Positions 30,801 through 42,800 of a stretch of DNA of 64,000 nt are shown piece by piece. A program made the translations under genes and the position numbers. The DNA is from Candidatus Omnitrophota bacterium (lineage in GTDB: Bacteria > Omnitrophota > Gorgyraeia > Aquiviventales > Aquiviventaceae). Below the pieces are notes generated by a model. That model had not been told where the DNA came from and did no database searches. It worked only from the letters and a program-made list of their open reading frames with translations. The DNA lies in NCBI GenBank assembly GCA_016180575.1, contig JACPAY010000003.1, positions 106,154-170,153 on the forward strand, written 5' to 3'. How positions within the stretch are numbered: position 1 is the stretch's first letter; every line of letters begins with the position of its first letter.

Positions 30801-33800
30801 CGGTCCACAAAGGCGAACCGGCTGCGGTGCTCTGGATGCGCCTTCAGAAAGCGCCGGAAGAAGGCGACCTGCTGCTCTCCTCGCCAGTCGCCCTCCGTGC
30901 CAAGGATCACCAGTTGAACGCGTGAGCCCTGGTGCTCAAGGGTGAGCAGATGCTCAAGCAGCGTCCGGCCATCCGGCATCGAGGTCATCAGGATGTTGAG
31001 CCCCTTCTGCTTCACGATTCTGGTCACGACCCCGATGACGAGATGGTCCGCGTTCACCTCCAAGCCCAATTTCCGCTGCAACGCGACCTTGTTGTGGCGC
31101 TTCCAGTCCATGCGCTCCTCCGGCGCCATCTCGGCAAGCGGCGTCGCGGGGCGCACGAACCCGTTCTCCTCGAGCGCCGGCAGGTTCTGGGCCTGATGGC
31201 GCTCGGCCCGGATGCCGTTGTAGACCGCCTGGACGGTGCCCGCCGGCAGCGCGCGCAGCACGCCGTCGAGCCCGTAGCCGCGGGCGAGCGTCCGCGCCTC
31301 CTCGGCATGGCCCTCGCTCACGAACATCACCTGGCCGTGCCGGCCCGCAAAGACCATGCCGCCCTTCATGAGGTTGTGCTGACCGGGCATGTGGTTCGAC
31401 CAGAACTCCAGCCCGTCATTCCCCGAGCGGTCCCTGAGCGTCCGGTCCAGCTTCGTCAGGCTGAAGAGGTCGATGGCCTCGGGGGCGTCAGCGCGGATGA
31501 CGCCGCGCCGCACGAGGTAGGCCCGCAGCCTGGGGTCCGCCGCCAGCTCGCCGGGGAAGATGCCCTGGTACTCCAGGTTGTGCACCATCTGCACGGCTGC
31601 CGGCCGATGCCCCAACGGCCAGTCCGCATCACGGGAGAGCGTCTCGAGGAAGACCGGCCCCAGCGCGGCCTGCCAGTCGTTGAAGTGGTACGCCTCGAAC
31701 TGGACCCCGAGCGCCCGGCTGAGCTCGATGGCGGCGCGGGGCAGGAGGATGGCCTCGATGTACGAGCCGAATGAATCGGGAGCTGGGTCGGCGTAGAGGG
31801 TCCTGAAGAAATGCCCGGAGGGATCGTAGAGCTGGAGCACCGGCACGCCGTCCTGCTCGATGAGGACAATCTCAAGCGGGACGGTGCCGCCGCCGACCGG
31901 AATTCCCAGCTCCATGACGCGGTAGCCGCGATAGGCCCGCAGGTACGCTTCCAGGGTCCCATAATTGGCTTTGACGTCCGCGCTGAAGAGCGGCGAAACG
32001 ACCACGGAGGCCACCCCTTCCTGCCCAATCGCCCAGGGCTGCTCGGACATGTACATCCCCTGCCCGCCGCCGCCCGGCCCCATCCGGCGCAGCCGCTTGC
32101 CGTGGGTATCGATCGTCGGCATTTCCATCGCGACCGAGAGGACGCCAAAGAAACCTTGGACCCTGGCGGCCGCCAGCCGCGCCTGCAGCCGCTCCTGAGC
32201 ACGCTGGAAGAAGTACTGTTTCTCGACCCGGATGATGCCGTTGCCGGCGGGCAGGTTCGCCCACGTCCACGGCTGGGTCGGCCCGGTCCGGTAGCGGAAG
32301 GTGTACTCAAACCGCCCCGGATGGTCAGGCGTGACCGTCGCCGCAAAGACGCGGCTGGTGCCCTGGCGCTCCGCCGGGGTTTCGGCCCATGTCCCGGTCA
32401 CGTTGGACCACAGCTCCACTCCAAGCCCGTTGGGGATCGGGCCGTGATAGACAGTGTGCAGGGTGACCGGTTGATTCTCCTCCGCTGGGACGGTGACCCC
32501 AGAGCCTTCGATGAGCGAACCGCTCACCGGCTGCAGCTCTCGGAGCTGCGCCAGGTACTCGTCTCCCACAATGGGCGCCCACCGCGGGTCTTGGTCGTCG
32601 TCCAGCACGACGAGGAGCCGGTCGAGCGCCTGCGGGTGCTGGCGGAAGTGGTGTTCGGAGCGGCTGCGGAGGAGCCGCTCTTCCAGCTCGCGGTCGGCGG
32701 GCTCAGGAACAGCGCCGAGGAAGTCGCGCAGCCAGCCAAAGGAGTCGTCCGTGCGGGCGAGGTGATAGAGGAGGTGGCTCAGTTCATGGCGCAGGAGATC
32801 ATTGACGAGCTCGCGGAAGAAGGGGGCATCTGAATCCTCGAGCGGCGGCGCCCGCCCCTCAGCCGCCAGGCCCCGGTGGAGGTCGATGTGCCCGTCCTGG
32901 TGGTCGCCGAGCAAGCGCCGCTCGCCGGTCAGCCGGAAGCGGTCCGGCGCTGCGAGCGCCGCAGCCAGCTGCTCGAGTTGCGCCTGGGAGAGCCGGCCTT
33001 CCTCCTTCAGCTCCTCCAGCACCACAGCCAGCCCCTCTTCGACATACCCCAAGAACATCTGCTCCCAGCTCGCGCAGGTCTGGCACCGCACGCGCATCCG
33101 GCCCTCCGCAGCGGGCTGCACCTCCAGCGGCACCGTCGCGCGCAGGTACGTCCCCCGCTCCCTCGTCTCATCGAACTCCCCCGGGTAGGGCTGTGCTCCT
33201 TGCAACCGCGCCAGATATGTCTGGAACGCCTCCCGGGCCGCCTCGTTCTCGGCGCCGAGCGCGAGAGGCACGCTGAAGTCGGCCTCCTCATGCATCCAGA
33301 GGGTCTCATGGTTGAAGAAGACGCGCCGCATCTCGATCGCCTCCGGCAGACCGCGCCGCGCGGCTTCATCCGATGCGTCTTCGTACTTGGCCCCGAACGC
33401 CCGCAACTTTCTCGCCAATGCTTCATCCGGCACGACGTTCTCCAGCGCCCGCGCCAGCGTCACATTGACCAGGAGCTTGCCGCGTCCCGAATGCTTGGCC
33501 CGGCCTGACAGCTCGCTGGTCCGCTGCGCGGCGCGCTGCACCAGCCCGCGCCGCAGGCCGGCCAGCGCAGGATCATACTCGAAGGCGAAGAGGAGGGCGC
33601 CATCCCAGCCGGCTCTCACGCCCTTCGGCACCAGCCGCACCGGCCGGCTCTCCCCGGCCAGGGCCAGACAGTCCTCGAACACCGCCCGGAGCTCCTCGGA
33701 TGTCAGCCGATTCGCATGATCCCCCAGGACTCCCCGGCCCTGGTCGGGATGCCGCGACAGATCCTGCGGTACCGTCACGCTGACATGGTAGGTGTCCGGT

Positions 33801-36800
33801 CTGATCCGATACTGCCGCATGCCAGGCGGGAAGAGACGCAGCCACTCCTCGGTGACCTCCTCCAGGAACCGCCGGAAGGCGTCAGGCACGTCGTCAACGG
33901 TCGTCCCGTAGATATCCGTCTCAATCGGCCGGCCATCCTGGAACATGGCGCTCACCGCTTGGAGCGGCTCGTCTTTGAACAACGGCTCGCCGGCCTTCGC
34001 CTCCCGAAGAATCCCGGCCAGCTCCGCATAGATCCCCTCAACCGCCTCGGCTTCCATCCGCTCTGCCTCAGACAGCTGCGGCTTCGCGCTTGGCATCACC
34101 TCAATTGCGCCGTTCCCATAGGGCAGGTCCGCCCAGCGCCAGTCGCCGCCCGGTTCGCGGTAGCGGAAGGTGTGCTCGATGCGGCCCTCACGGGCCGGCG
34201 TCACGGTCGCCGCCCAGATGCCGGTGCCCTTCTTGGCAGCCGGGACCGCCGCCCAGCGGTCCGGCGCGTCGAGGTTGGCCCAGAGCTGCACCTCGGTCTG
34301 CTCAGTCACCGGACCGAAGTACGTAGTGTGCAGCGTCGTCGGCGCGCCCACCTGGCCGGACACGGTGGCGCCGGAGCCTTCATCTAACTTGCCCCAGACC
34401 GGCTCGCCCAGGCGGTGGGCGGCCTCGGTGAGGACCTGCGCCTCCCATGTCCGCTGCTCGGCTTCGCTGCGGCCCAGAAGCGCCAGCGCCTGGGTTCTGG
34501 AGGCGGCCCGGGCCGTCGTCAGACGCTCGAACTCCTGCTTGTCCTTGACCAGGAGGGCATCCTCGTAGCGGATGGGGTCGGTGGTGTTGAACTCTTTGTC
34601 TTTCAGGTGCTCAAACCCTGCCTCGGCGATACCGTCACGGACGGTCGGGTTGAACCGCAGTCCCTCCCGCGGGAACACCGCGAAGACGTGGTGGCCATAG
34701 GGCTCGGTGGCCTTGCTGTCCGGGAAGTTCGCGCTCGCCGACCAGTCGTAGTCGAGCGTGACCGAGGTCACCGGGTAGCCGTCCGGCCTTGAGTTGAGCG
34801 TTTCCCCGGACGGATGGCGCAGGAGGGTGACCAGGCCGCGGTAGCCGATGTTCCGCGCGACCGGTCCCCGCTCCCCGCGGTTGACCGCCTCCGCCGCCTG
34901 CTCGTCTTCGAAGCCGGCGTGCGCGTACACCGCAATCCGCTCCGTCGGGTCGGCGTACTCCAGGCGCAGGACGAGGCCGGAGCCGAAGAACACGTCGCTC
35001 TCGGCGCTGCGGTACGTCAGCCGGCTCGGGGGCGTCTCGCCGACCACCATCGGCACGAGGTAGCGGCCGGCCGGGTCCTGCCGTCCCTCGATGAGCTCAT
35101 GTGCCGTCACGAATGGCGCGTTGGAGAACCCTGAGAGGCGATAGCGGTGAGGCGTCCCATCCGGCCGGGTGAGCACCAGGGCCTCCTCCCGCGCTGACCC
35201 GGCTCCTCCCTGCAGCTTGGCCTCGAGCGAGTCGTGCGCCTCGTGCCGCTCCTTCCACATCGCCCTGCGCTGCATCAGCTGCCGCTCCAGGGCCTGGTGG
35301 GCGCTGAGCCACTCACCGGCGGCCAGCCGGGACGCCAGGCGGGCCGTTCGGTCGGCCAGCGCCTGCAACCGGAGCAGGTAGCGCTCACCCACGATGGGTT
35401 TCCAGACGCCCTCATCGGCCAGGACACGGATGACCCCCCGCAGCGCGTCGGGGTGTCGCGCGAAATAGAACTCCTGGTAGGTGAGGATCCGTTCTTCTTC
35501 GGCTTCGCGGCTGGCACCGCTGTGGATGTCTTTGGACGGCACGCCGAAGGTTTCCGGCAGGATGCCGTGAATCGCGCGGGTGCGGAAAAGGTGGTAGAGG
35601 AGGTGGCGGACTTCGTGTCGGAGAAGGTCATTCACAAATGCCTGGAAATCGGCAGCATCGGGCGACAGCCTGGGGGGTGCCCGGCCATCCGCCGTCAGCG
35701 CTCGGTGCAGGTCAATCCGCCCGTCGAAGTGGTCTGCAACGGCTTTGACCTGACTGTCCAGATGGAGCACGGCGTGGCTGCTGGCCAGGATGGCGGTCAA
35801 CTGGTCCAGCGCCTGCGAGGTGAAGCCCTCCTGCCTGAGTTCCTCGATGACCGTGTTGAGCCCATCCTCGACATAGTCCAGGAAGTTCTGCTCGCCGGGG
35901 GTGAAGCCGTCGCGCATGGCTCGCAGCCAGCCGCTGGCCGCTTCGCGCTCCAGCCGCACCCCGATCCGCCCCCGCCGCGCGCTCGTCTCCCCGCGCCACG
36001 TGGCGGGATAGGGTTGGGGTTCACTCAGCCGGAGACGCTCCAGCGTATCCAGCAGCCCCTGCGCCATGCCCAGGACCCGCAGGCTCAGTTGGACCCGCTC
36101 TTCCGCGCTTGACGCGTGTTGGGTCGCGACGTCAAGGCGCAGGAGCTCCGCTTTGAAGCGCTCCAGGTGGGGCACATCCCGCAACAGGGCGAGCAGGTAG
36201 GCGATGAAGTCCATCTGTTTACCGGCCTGCCCGGCATGGAACATCAGGCTCCATTTCCCGATGGCGCCCTGCTTCTGGACTGCATAGAACCCCTCGAGGA
36301 ACCCGCGAAGCCCCGGCCGGCTCTCGAAGAGGACTCGTTCTGACTGGAGCTCCGGCCGATACTTCCAGACGAACCCCCCGATGTCGGGCCGGCCGGACTC
36401 CTCCAGGGCGCCGGTCGCCGCGGCCGACCACTGCACGTCCCGCTGCAACCCCTCCGCGTGCCTGGCCTCGCGGAACCGCAGTCCGTCGTAATCGATGTGC
36501 TGGGTGATGAAGCGGAAGGACACCTTGCGAGCCTGCCGGTAGGCGGGCGGCGCAGGGGCGCCGGTGGCCATCCAGGCGACCAGCTCCATGTCCGCTTCGG
36601 GGCTGTCGGTCACGGGCCAGATTTCCAAGTCGGCCAAGGCGGTCTGGGCGTCATAGTGCTGCAGCAGCCCTGCATCCCACCGGGGATCGTCCACCGAGGT
36701 CAGGATCGGCTGACCCTGCTCCGTGCGCCAGCGAGCGAAGACCTGCCCGGCGGGCTGATGGAAGAGCCTGGCGGCCCCGACGGCGGCGTGGAGCAGATCG

Positions 36801-39800
36801 TCCCGGCCGGTGTAGAGCATCGCCCACCGGGTGCCTTGCTCGGTTTCAACCGGCACCTGGACGAGCAGCGTGTTGGGCTTGGCGGCGACGCGGCCGTGCA
36901 CGTGGTAGACCAGCGCGCCGGCGCCCACCGTTGAGGCGCGCGCCAGGCGCGAGCCGTAGGCGAGCGCACGCTCATCCATCGTCACCGCAGGTCCGACAAT
37001 GCTGTCATAGACCTCAGCCGTCTCATCGACCTGCGCCTGCGGATCAATCGCCGCCCGCAGCGCTCGCTGAAAGCCCAAGACTCGGCCCAGCACGGTGGGG
37101 GCGGCGAAGGCCGCATACCACGTCCGGTTGTCTCCGTAGTCGGCGTAGAACGTCCGCCGGGGATCCTGCGCCGGGGCGTAGAGGTCCAGGAAGTGGTCCG
37201 TCACCCGGCGGTAGACCTCGCGGTAGAACCGCGCGCGATCTCCGTACCGGCTGGCTTCGAGCAGGAGCGGCTGGGACGACAGTCCAGCGCGGACGTCCCG
37301 AACCGTGACGTCCTGCCCCCGCCCCAACTGGTCGATTTCCTCCCTCGTGAGCGACACGCCGCTCTTCCCAAAGAGCCGCAGGTTCAAGTAGTCCGCCTCC
37401 GAGGTCGTCAGGGGAATGAAGTAATCCATCGAGGTGTCGATCTCGTAGACCGGCAGTTTCGCCAGGATGCGCTCGCGCACCAGCTGATTGATCAGCAGGA
37501 AGGTCATGAGGAAGCTCCGGTAGACGTCCGGATCTTTGTGGGTCGCCAGGTAGCTGGCGGTGTTGGTGTCCAGTTGGCGGGCCTCCCAGTTGCCGAAGTC
37601 GACGTACTGCAGGCTGGGATCTGCGGCCATGGCCTCGCGGCTCGGCTTCTCGAGGAAGGCCGTGACCTTCCGGCTCTCCGGATCGATGACGATGACCCCC
37701 AGCTTCCCGGCCGCCTCCCGGACCGACTCCGGGTTGCTGATCAACCCGATCCCGTCCACCGCGTGGACCTCAGTCAGCAGCAGGCCGTCCCCGTTGAGCA
37801 CCACCAAGCCGGGCTGGCGGCGCGCTTGCAGCAGCTGGCTGAACTTGTAGACCCCCTGCAGGACGAAGTCCATCGTGGTCATGAGTTCCCCCGTCGGCAA
37901 CGCCACGGGAATCGGCATGAGGGTCTTGGACCCGTCGGAGGAGCCCGGGGTGAAGCGGGTGCCGTACCCTCCCGCCTGGATGATCACGATGCGCAAGTCC
38001 GCCAACTCCCGATGCTGGAGGTGCGGATAGCGGCCTTGCAATTCCGAGAGGTGGTCCCGCAGCCAGAGCAGGGTGTTCCCCACCGCCCCCCCGTTGCCGA
38101 CCCGGACATCCGCCGGATCCGCGATACTGATGACCGGCACATCGTTCCGGTACAGCACGTTCCGCAGGGAGGCGAAGCGCTCGTCGTAGTAGTCCGCCAT
38201 GGCCTGGTTGCCGGCGGAGATCAGGATGACATCGGCCGATGGGGTGCTGGCGGCCAGCTCCTGCCGGAAGGCGGCTTGACTGGCCGCGTGCACTCCGCGC
38301 AGCCCATCGAGGAGCGCGGACCCAGAACCTCTGGCCTCGACCTCTCGCAGCCTGCCGAGATACCCTTCCCCCACGATGTCGGCCCAGAGACCCTCGGTGG
38401 CCGCCAGGAGGCTGATGAGCTGGCGGAGCTCGTCGGGATGCGCCTGGAAGTAGGCCTCGGCGTGCCGGAGGATGCGCTCCTCTTCGGCTTGGCGGTCGGC
38501 GTCGTTGTGGACCGGATCGGCGACCGGGATGCCGAAGCTGGCGGGCAGCTGACCCGGCAGCTGCTGAGTGCGGGCGAGGCGGTAGAGGAGGTGGCGGCCC
38601 TCATGGCGGAGGATGTCCGTCAGGAGGACCTGGAAGGCGGAGGCGGCGGGGTCCTCCGCCGGGGGCGCGCGGCTGCCCGAGCCCAGGGCCCAGTGGAGGT
38701 CCATGTGGCCATCCACATGGTCCCCCAGCTCCGCCCGCAGGCTGGAGAGGCGCAGCGCCTCACGCTCCGGAGCGGCCAGGTACCCCACCAGCCAAGCCAT
38801 CTGCTGGGGGGTGAGCCCCTTCTGCTCCAGCTCCGCCAGCCAGGTGTTGAGGCCCACGGTCGCGTAGCCGAGGAACGCCGAGTCGCAGGCGGCGCAGGCC
38901 ACCTGGCCGACGCGATTCTTCCCTTCGGCCTGCACCGTCAGCGGGGTCGTCGGGCGCACCGGCTGCGTGCCGGTGACGCGGCCGGGGTAGGGTTGCCGGC
39001 GAGCAACGTCACCGCGCGCTACGGCGTCCAGGAGAGCGGGAATGCCCAGCCGCTGCAGGTCATCCCTGGCGTAGTCGCGGTCCTGCGCCGAGTCCACCAC
39101 CTTCGCCGCCATCGCTCGCAGCTGCGGCACCGCTTCAGGCTTGATGGTGCGCCGCCCAGCCCGGTAGGCGGCAAGGGCCTGCTGAAGCCGCTCATCATCC
39201 TCGCGGGTGATGGACAGCCGGTAGGCGTGCTTCAAGAAGAGATGGCGCAGCACCCCCTCGAGGATGAGGTTCGTCTCATCTCCGCCCAGGCGGGTGAGGT
39301 ACCGCTTCAGGTCCGCCAGGCTGGCGAGCCGCCCGAACACCTGTCCGTGCCCGTCAACGGCAAGCTGAAGGAGGGCCGGTCCCGTCATGGAGGTGAGCAC
39401 CGTCCCGCTCCGCTCGCTGACCACGGTCCCCTTCGCGATGAGGGATCGTTCGCCCGCCTTGGTGAGAAGCGGCCCGCCCCAGTGCAGCTTGAGCCCCTGG
39501 AACGTCCCCTCTCCCTGGAGCAGCCGCTCGCGCGTCATGCCGCCGCCCAGCGCATCGGCCAGCCGGTCCAGGGCCGCCATCGCCCGGGCGAGCATCTCCT
39601 CCGTGGCCTGGCTGGACGTCGGCGAGAGCTTGTGCTCCTCGTCCGGGGTCAGCGCGAACTTGACCGTGATGTCAAGATCGGCCGTCTCGGGGCTCTTCAG
39701 GAAGATGTCCCGGACCGCCCCGCCGAACACCACGATCTCTTCCAGCTCGTGATCCCGAAGGAACTGGAGGAACACCCCCAGCCGCGCATCGGGGAGCTCC

Positions 39801-42800
39801 GATGGATCCAGCCGATGCGGCTCTGCCAGTGCCTGGTCGATCAGCGGCTGGTGGAAGCGGTCGCTGACCCGGAGGCGCTCCTTCAGGCGGACCGCCAGCC
39901 CCACGTACTCCTTGAACTCCCCCGCTTCGTACTCATCGGTGTGGAGCACCGCCCCGGTATAGCTATCCTCGTACTCCACCCGCGCGATTTCGGGCGTGCG
40001 CTCGGTGAGCACCGCCTCGACGACCCGCAGGGCCGCTCCGGCATCGTCGGCCCGTTGCAGCGCCTCCAGCACGAACGGGTGCAGAGAGGACGTCACGCCG
40101 GGCTCCGCCAGCTGGCGCAGCCCCGAGATGACCGCATCGCCGTAGGAGAAGAGCGTCTGGAACTGGTCCGGGCCTCCGCCGTAGTAGCTGTACAGCGCCC
40201 ATTCGTGCGGCGTCGGATTCGGCAGTGCGCCGAGCGCCTTCGCGATGAGCCGCGACGCTTCCGGGTGGCGGTTGCGGGAATCCAGCAGGAACTTGCTGAA
40301 AGCGGAGCGGACCTGCGGCGTCCCGGCATGGGGCGCCAGCGCGCGGCTGGCGGCCAGTTGCATGTAGAGCGCGTCGCTCTCCAGCCGCTTCACGGCCCAG
40401 CCGGTCCCCAGCACGAATCGCAGCAGCCGCATGACGGGGGAGGTCCCGACGAACCGGTGCATGAGGAACGCGATCAACCCGACCGCCGCGAACAGGATGA
40501 ACCCGGTCACGGCCAGGATGATCGCAATCAGGACGACGGTGGCGGCCAGATCCCGGCGCTCCTCCGCGGTCTGCGCCAGCAGCGGACCGGCCGAGGCCAG
40601 CACGCTCCCCGCCGCCATTGCGGCGACGAGGAGGGGCGGTCCGCCCAAGCGGCGGCGCGGCGCCGCCGGCTCGCCGCGGCCAGGCGCCTCAGCCGGCGCT
40701 CCGGGGCCACCCCGCAGGAGGTCAAACGCCTGCGCGGCGCGCTCGGCCTCCGCCAGGCGTCGGCGGGCCGTCAGGTAGTTCGCCTCATTGACCTCCATCT
40801 GCAGGCGGGTCACGGCATCGCTGAACTCGCGTGAGGCGTGGCGCAGCGCGCGCAGCTGGGCGCCGGAGAGGGCCTGCTCCGCCGCCCGTTGCGTGTCCTG
40901 CGCCGCGCGCTCCGCCTGATGATAGAGCTGCCGCATCCGCGTGACGGTGTCCCGGAATTCGGGATGCACTTGGCCCGCATACCGGGTGAGCGCAAACGCG
41001 ATGAGCCCCGCCACGACCGGGTCCAGGGCCACCGTCAAGAGACCCTGCACCACCGGCAAGGCGCCTTCCGACAGCCACGCGGTCCCGATGGCCCACGCCG
41101 CGGCGGCCGCCAACCCGCCGGCGGCGAGCGGCATGAGGCGGCGCGCCCGCAGCTCCCCGGCGTGCCCGTAGACGTGCGAAGACACGCGCGGAAGCGCCGG
41201 CAGGTCTCGCAGCGACCGCGCTTGGGTCAAGAGGGCAAGGCCCGTCACCAGCAGCTTGGCGGCGAGGACGGCGCCGGCCCAATAGGGGCTGGCATCAAGC
41301 GGCGGCGTGAACAGCTCCGGCACGGGGGCGAACTTCGTGGTCAAGAGCAGGATGAACCCGAGCCAGAACCCTCGGCTGGCATTGGACCAGTACCGCAGCG
41401 CCCCGGGACCCGTCCACACCCGGTGCACCAGGCTCGCCCGCAGGTTCGTGAAGGGCACGCGGACCGATCCCTTCATGCCGACCACCCAGGTCAACAGCGC
41501 GCTGAGCGTCAGCGCGTAGAGGGCCGGAACACCGGCGACCCACCAGGAGATGAGCATCTGCGCCAGCACCCCTGCGGCAAGCCCGCCGGCGCCAGCCGCC
41601 CGCGCGCGGGTGGGGCTGGCCGCCTTGCCGAGCGGGGCGTTGAAGAGGAACGAGAAGAAGAGCAGCGACATCGCCACGCCTGTCGCGAAGAACGCGCCGA
41701 GGTAGGTGTGGAGGTTCAGGTACTGGAACAGGAAGGCGAAGGTGATGGCGGCAATGAACACCCACGAGCGGAACATCCCCCTCCCCCAGTAGGTCCGGAG
41801 TTCCTTGGCGGTACGCGTATCCCACCGGGCCTCCCCCGGACTCCTCAGGAACACGCTGCTCGTGCCTTCCCGCATGCCCTTGCGGCTCTCGCGGGCCCAC
41901 AGCGGAAGCTGCGCCCCCGTGAAGTAGAGGATGTTCGCCGGCATGCGCTTCAGGAGATGCCCGAGCCCTTCCCAGAGCCCCTTTTCACGGACGAAGAGCC
42001 GCGCGCCGATGATCTGGATCGCCTGGTTGAGCAGCAATCCGACGAGAATGAAGATGACCGGTGGGGCCAAGAAGGCCAGCGGATCAAGACTCAGCGCTGC
42101 CAGCGCCGGCAGCAAGAGCGTGACCGCCAGCGCCATCCTCGGCATCAGCGACATGAAGGTCAATCGGGTCAGCCGCGCATCTTTCTCCATGGGCGAGATG
42201 TTGCCGGAGAAGACATACCGCTGGACGAACAGCGTCATGAGCAGCTGGATGCTGCCCTTGGCCCACCGGCCCCAGGCGTTCGGCACCTGCTCGTTGGCCA
42301 CCTCCCGCTGCTTGCGCATGCGCAGGAACGGGCTGAACACCGAGCGGCCGGCGCCCCCGGCTCGGCGGATGAGGTACATCATCAGCGCCGTGATGAGGTC
42401 TTCGCTGATGACGATGCGCCGAAACGCCGACGCCTGCCGGGTGGCGTCTGAGCGCGCCGCCATCGCCCAGCCATAGTGGCCCAGCCCGTGGAGCCGCGCC
42501 TCATCGCGCAGGAACGTCCGTCCGAACCCCTGCTCCGCCAGCGAGGCGGTGCGCGCCATGCGGGAGTTCCGGACGTTGGCCTGGTCGCGCTCCGGCGAAG
42601 CGATGTCCACCGCCGGGTCCGCGAAGACGGAGAGGAAGTTGAGGAAGCGGTGGGCGCTTGAGCGGTCAATCCGGATGCCCTTCTCGGTGTTGATCCACGC
42701 GTCGCTTGAGAGCCCGCGGCCGCCCGCGGACGCTTGAGCGCTCGGCTTGTTCGCCTTCGTGCTCTCGCTGCCCACGACGTCAACGTGATACTCATCCGCC

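Noticed and set aside
37193-40834. 1,213-aa + strand ORF
   Set aside because: It lies antisense to ORF1. The translation is Arg/Pro/Gly/His-rich with no hydrophobic-core periodicity or recognisable motif. The opposite strand carries clear NTase, HExxH and NTP-transferase signatures. Long open antisense frames are expected at this GC content.
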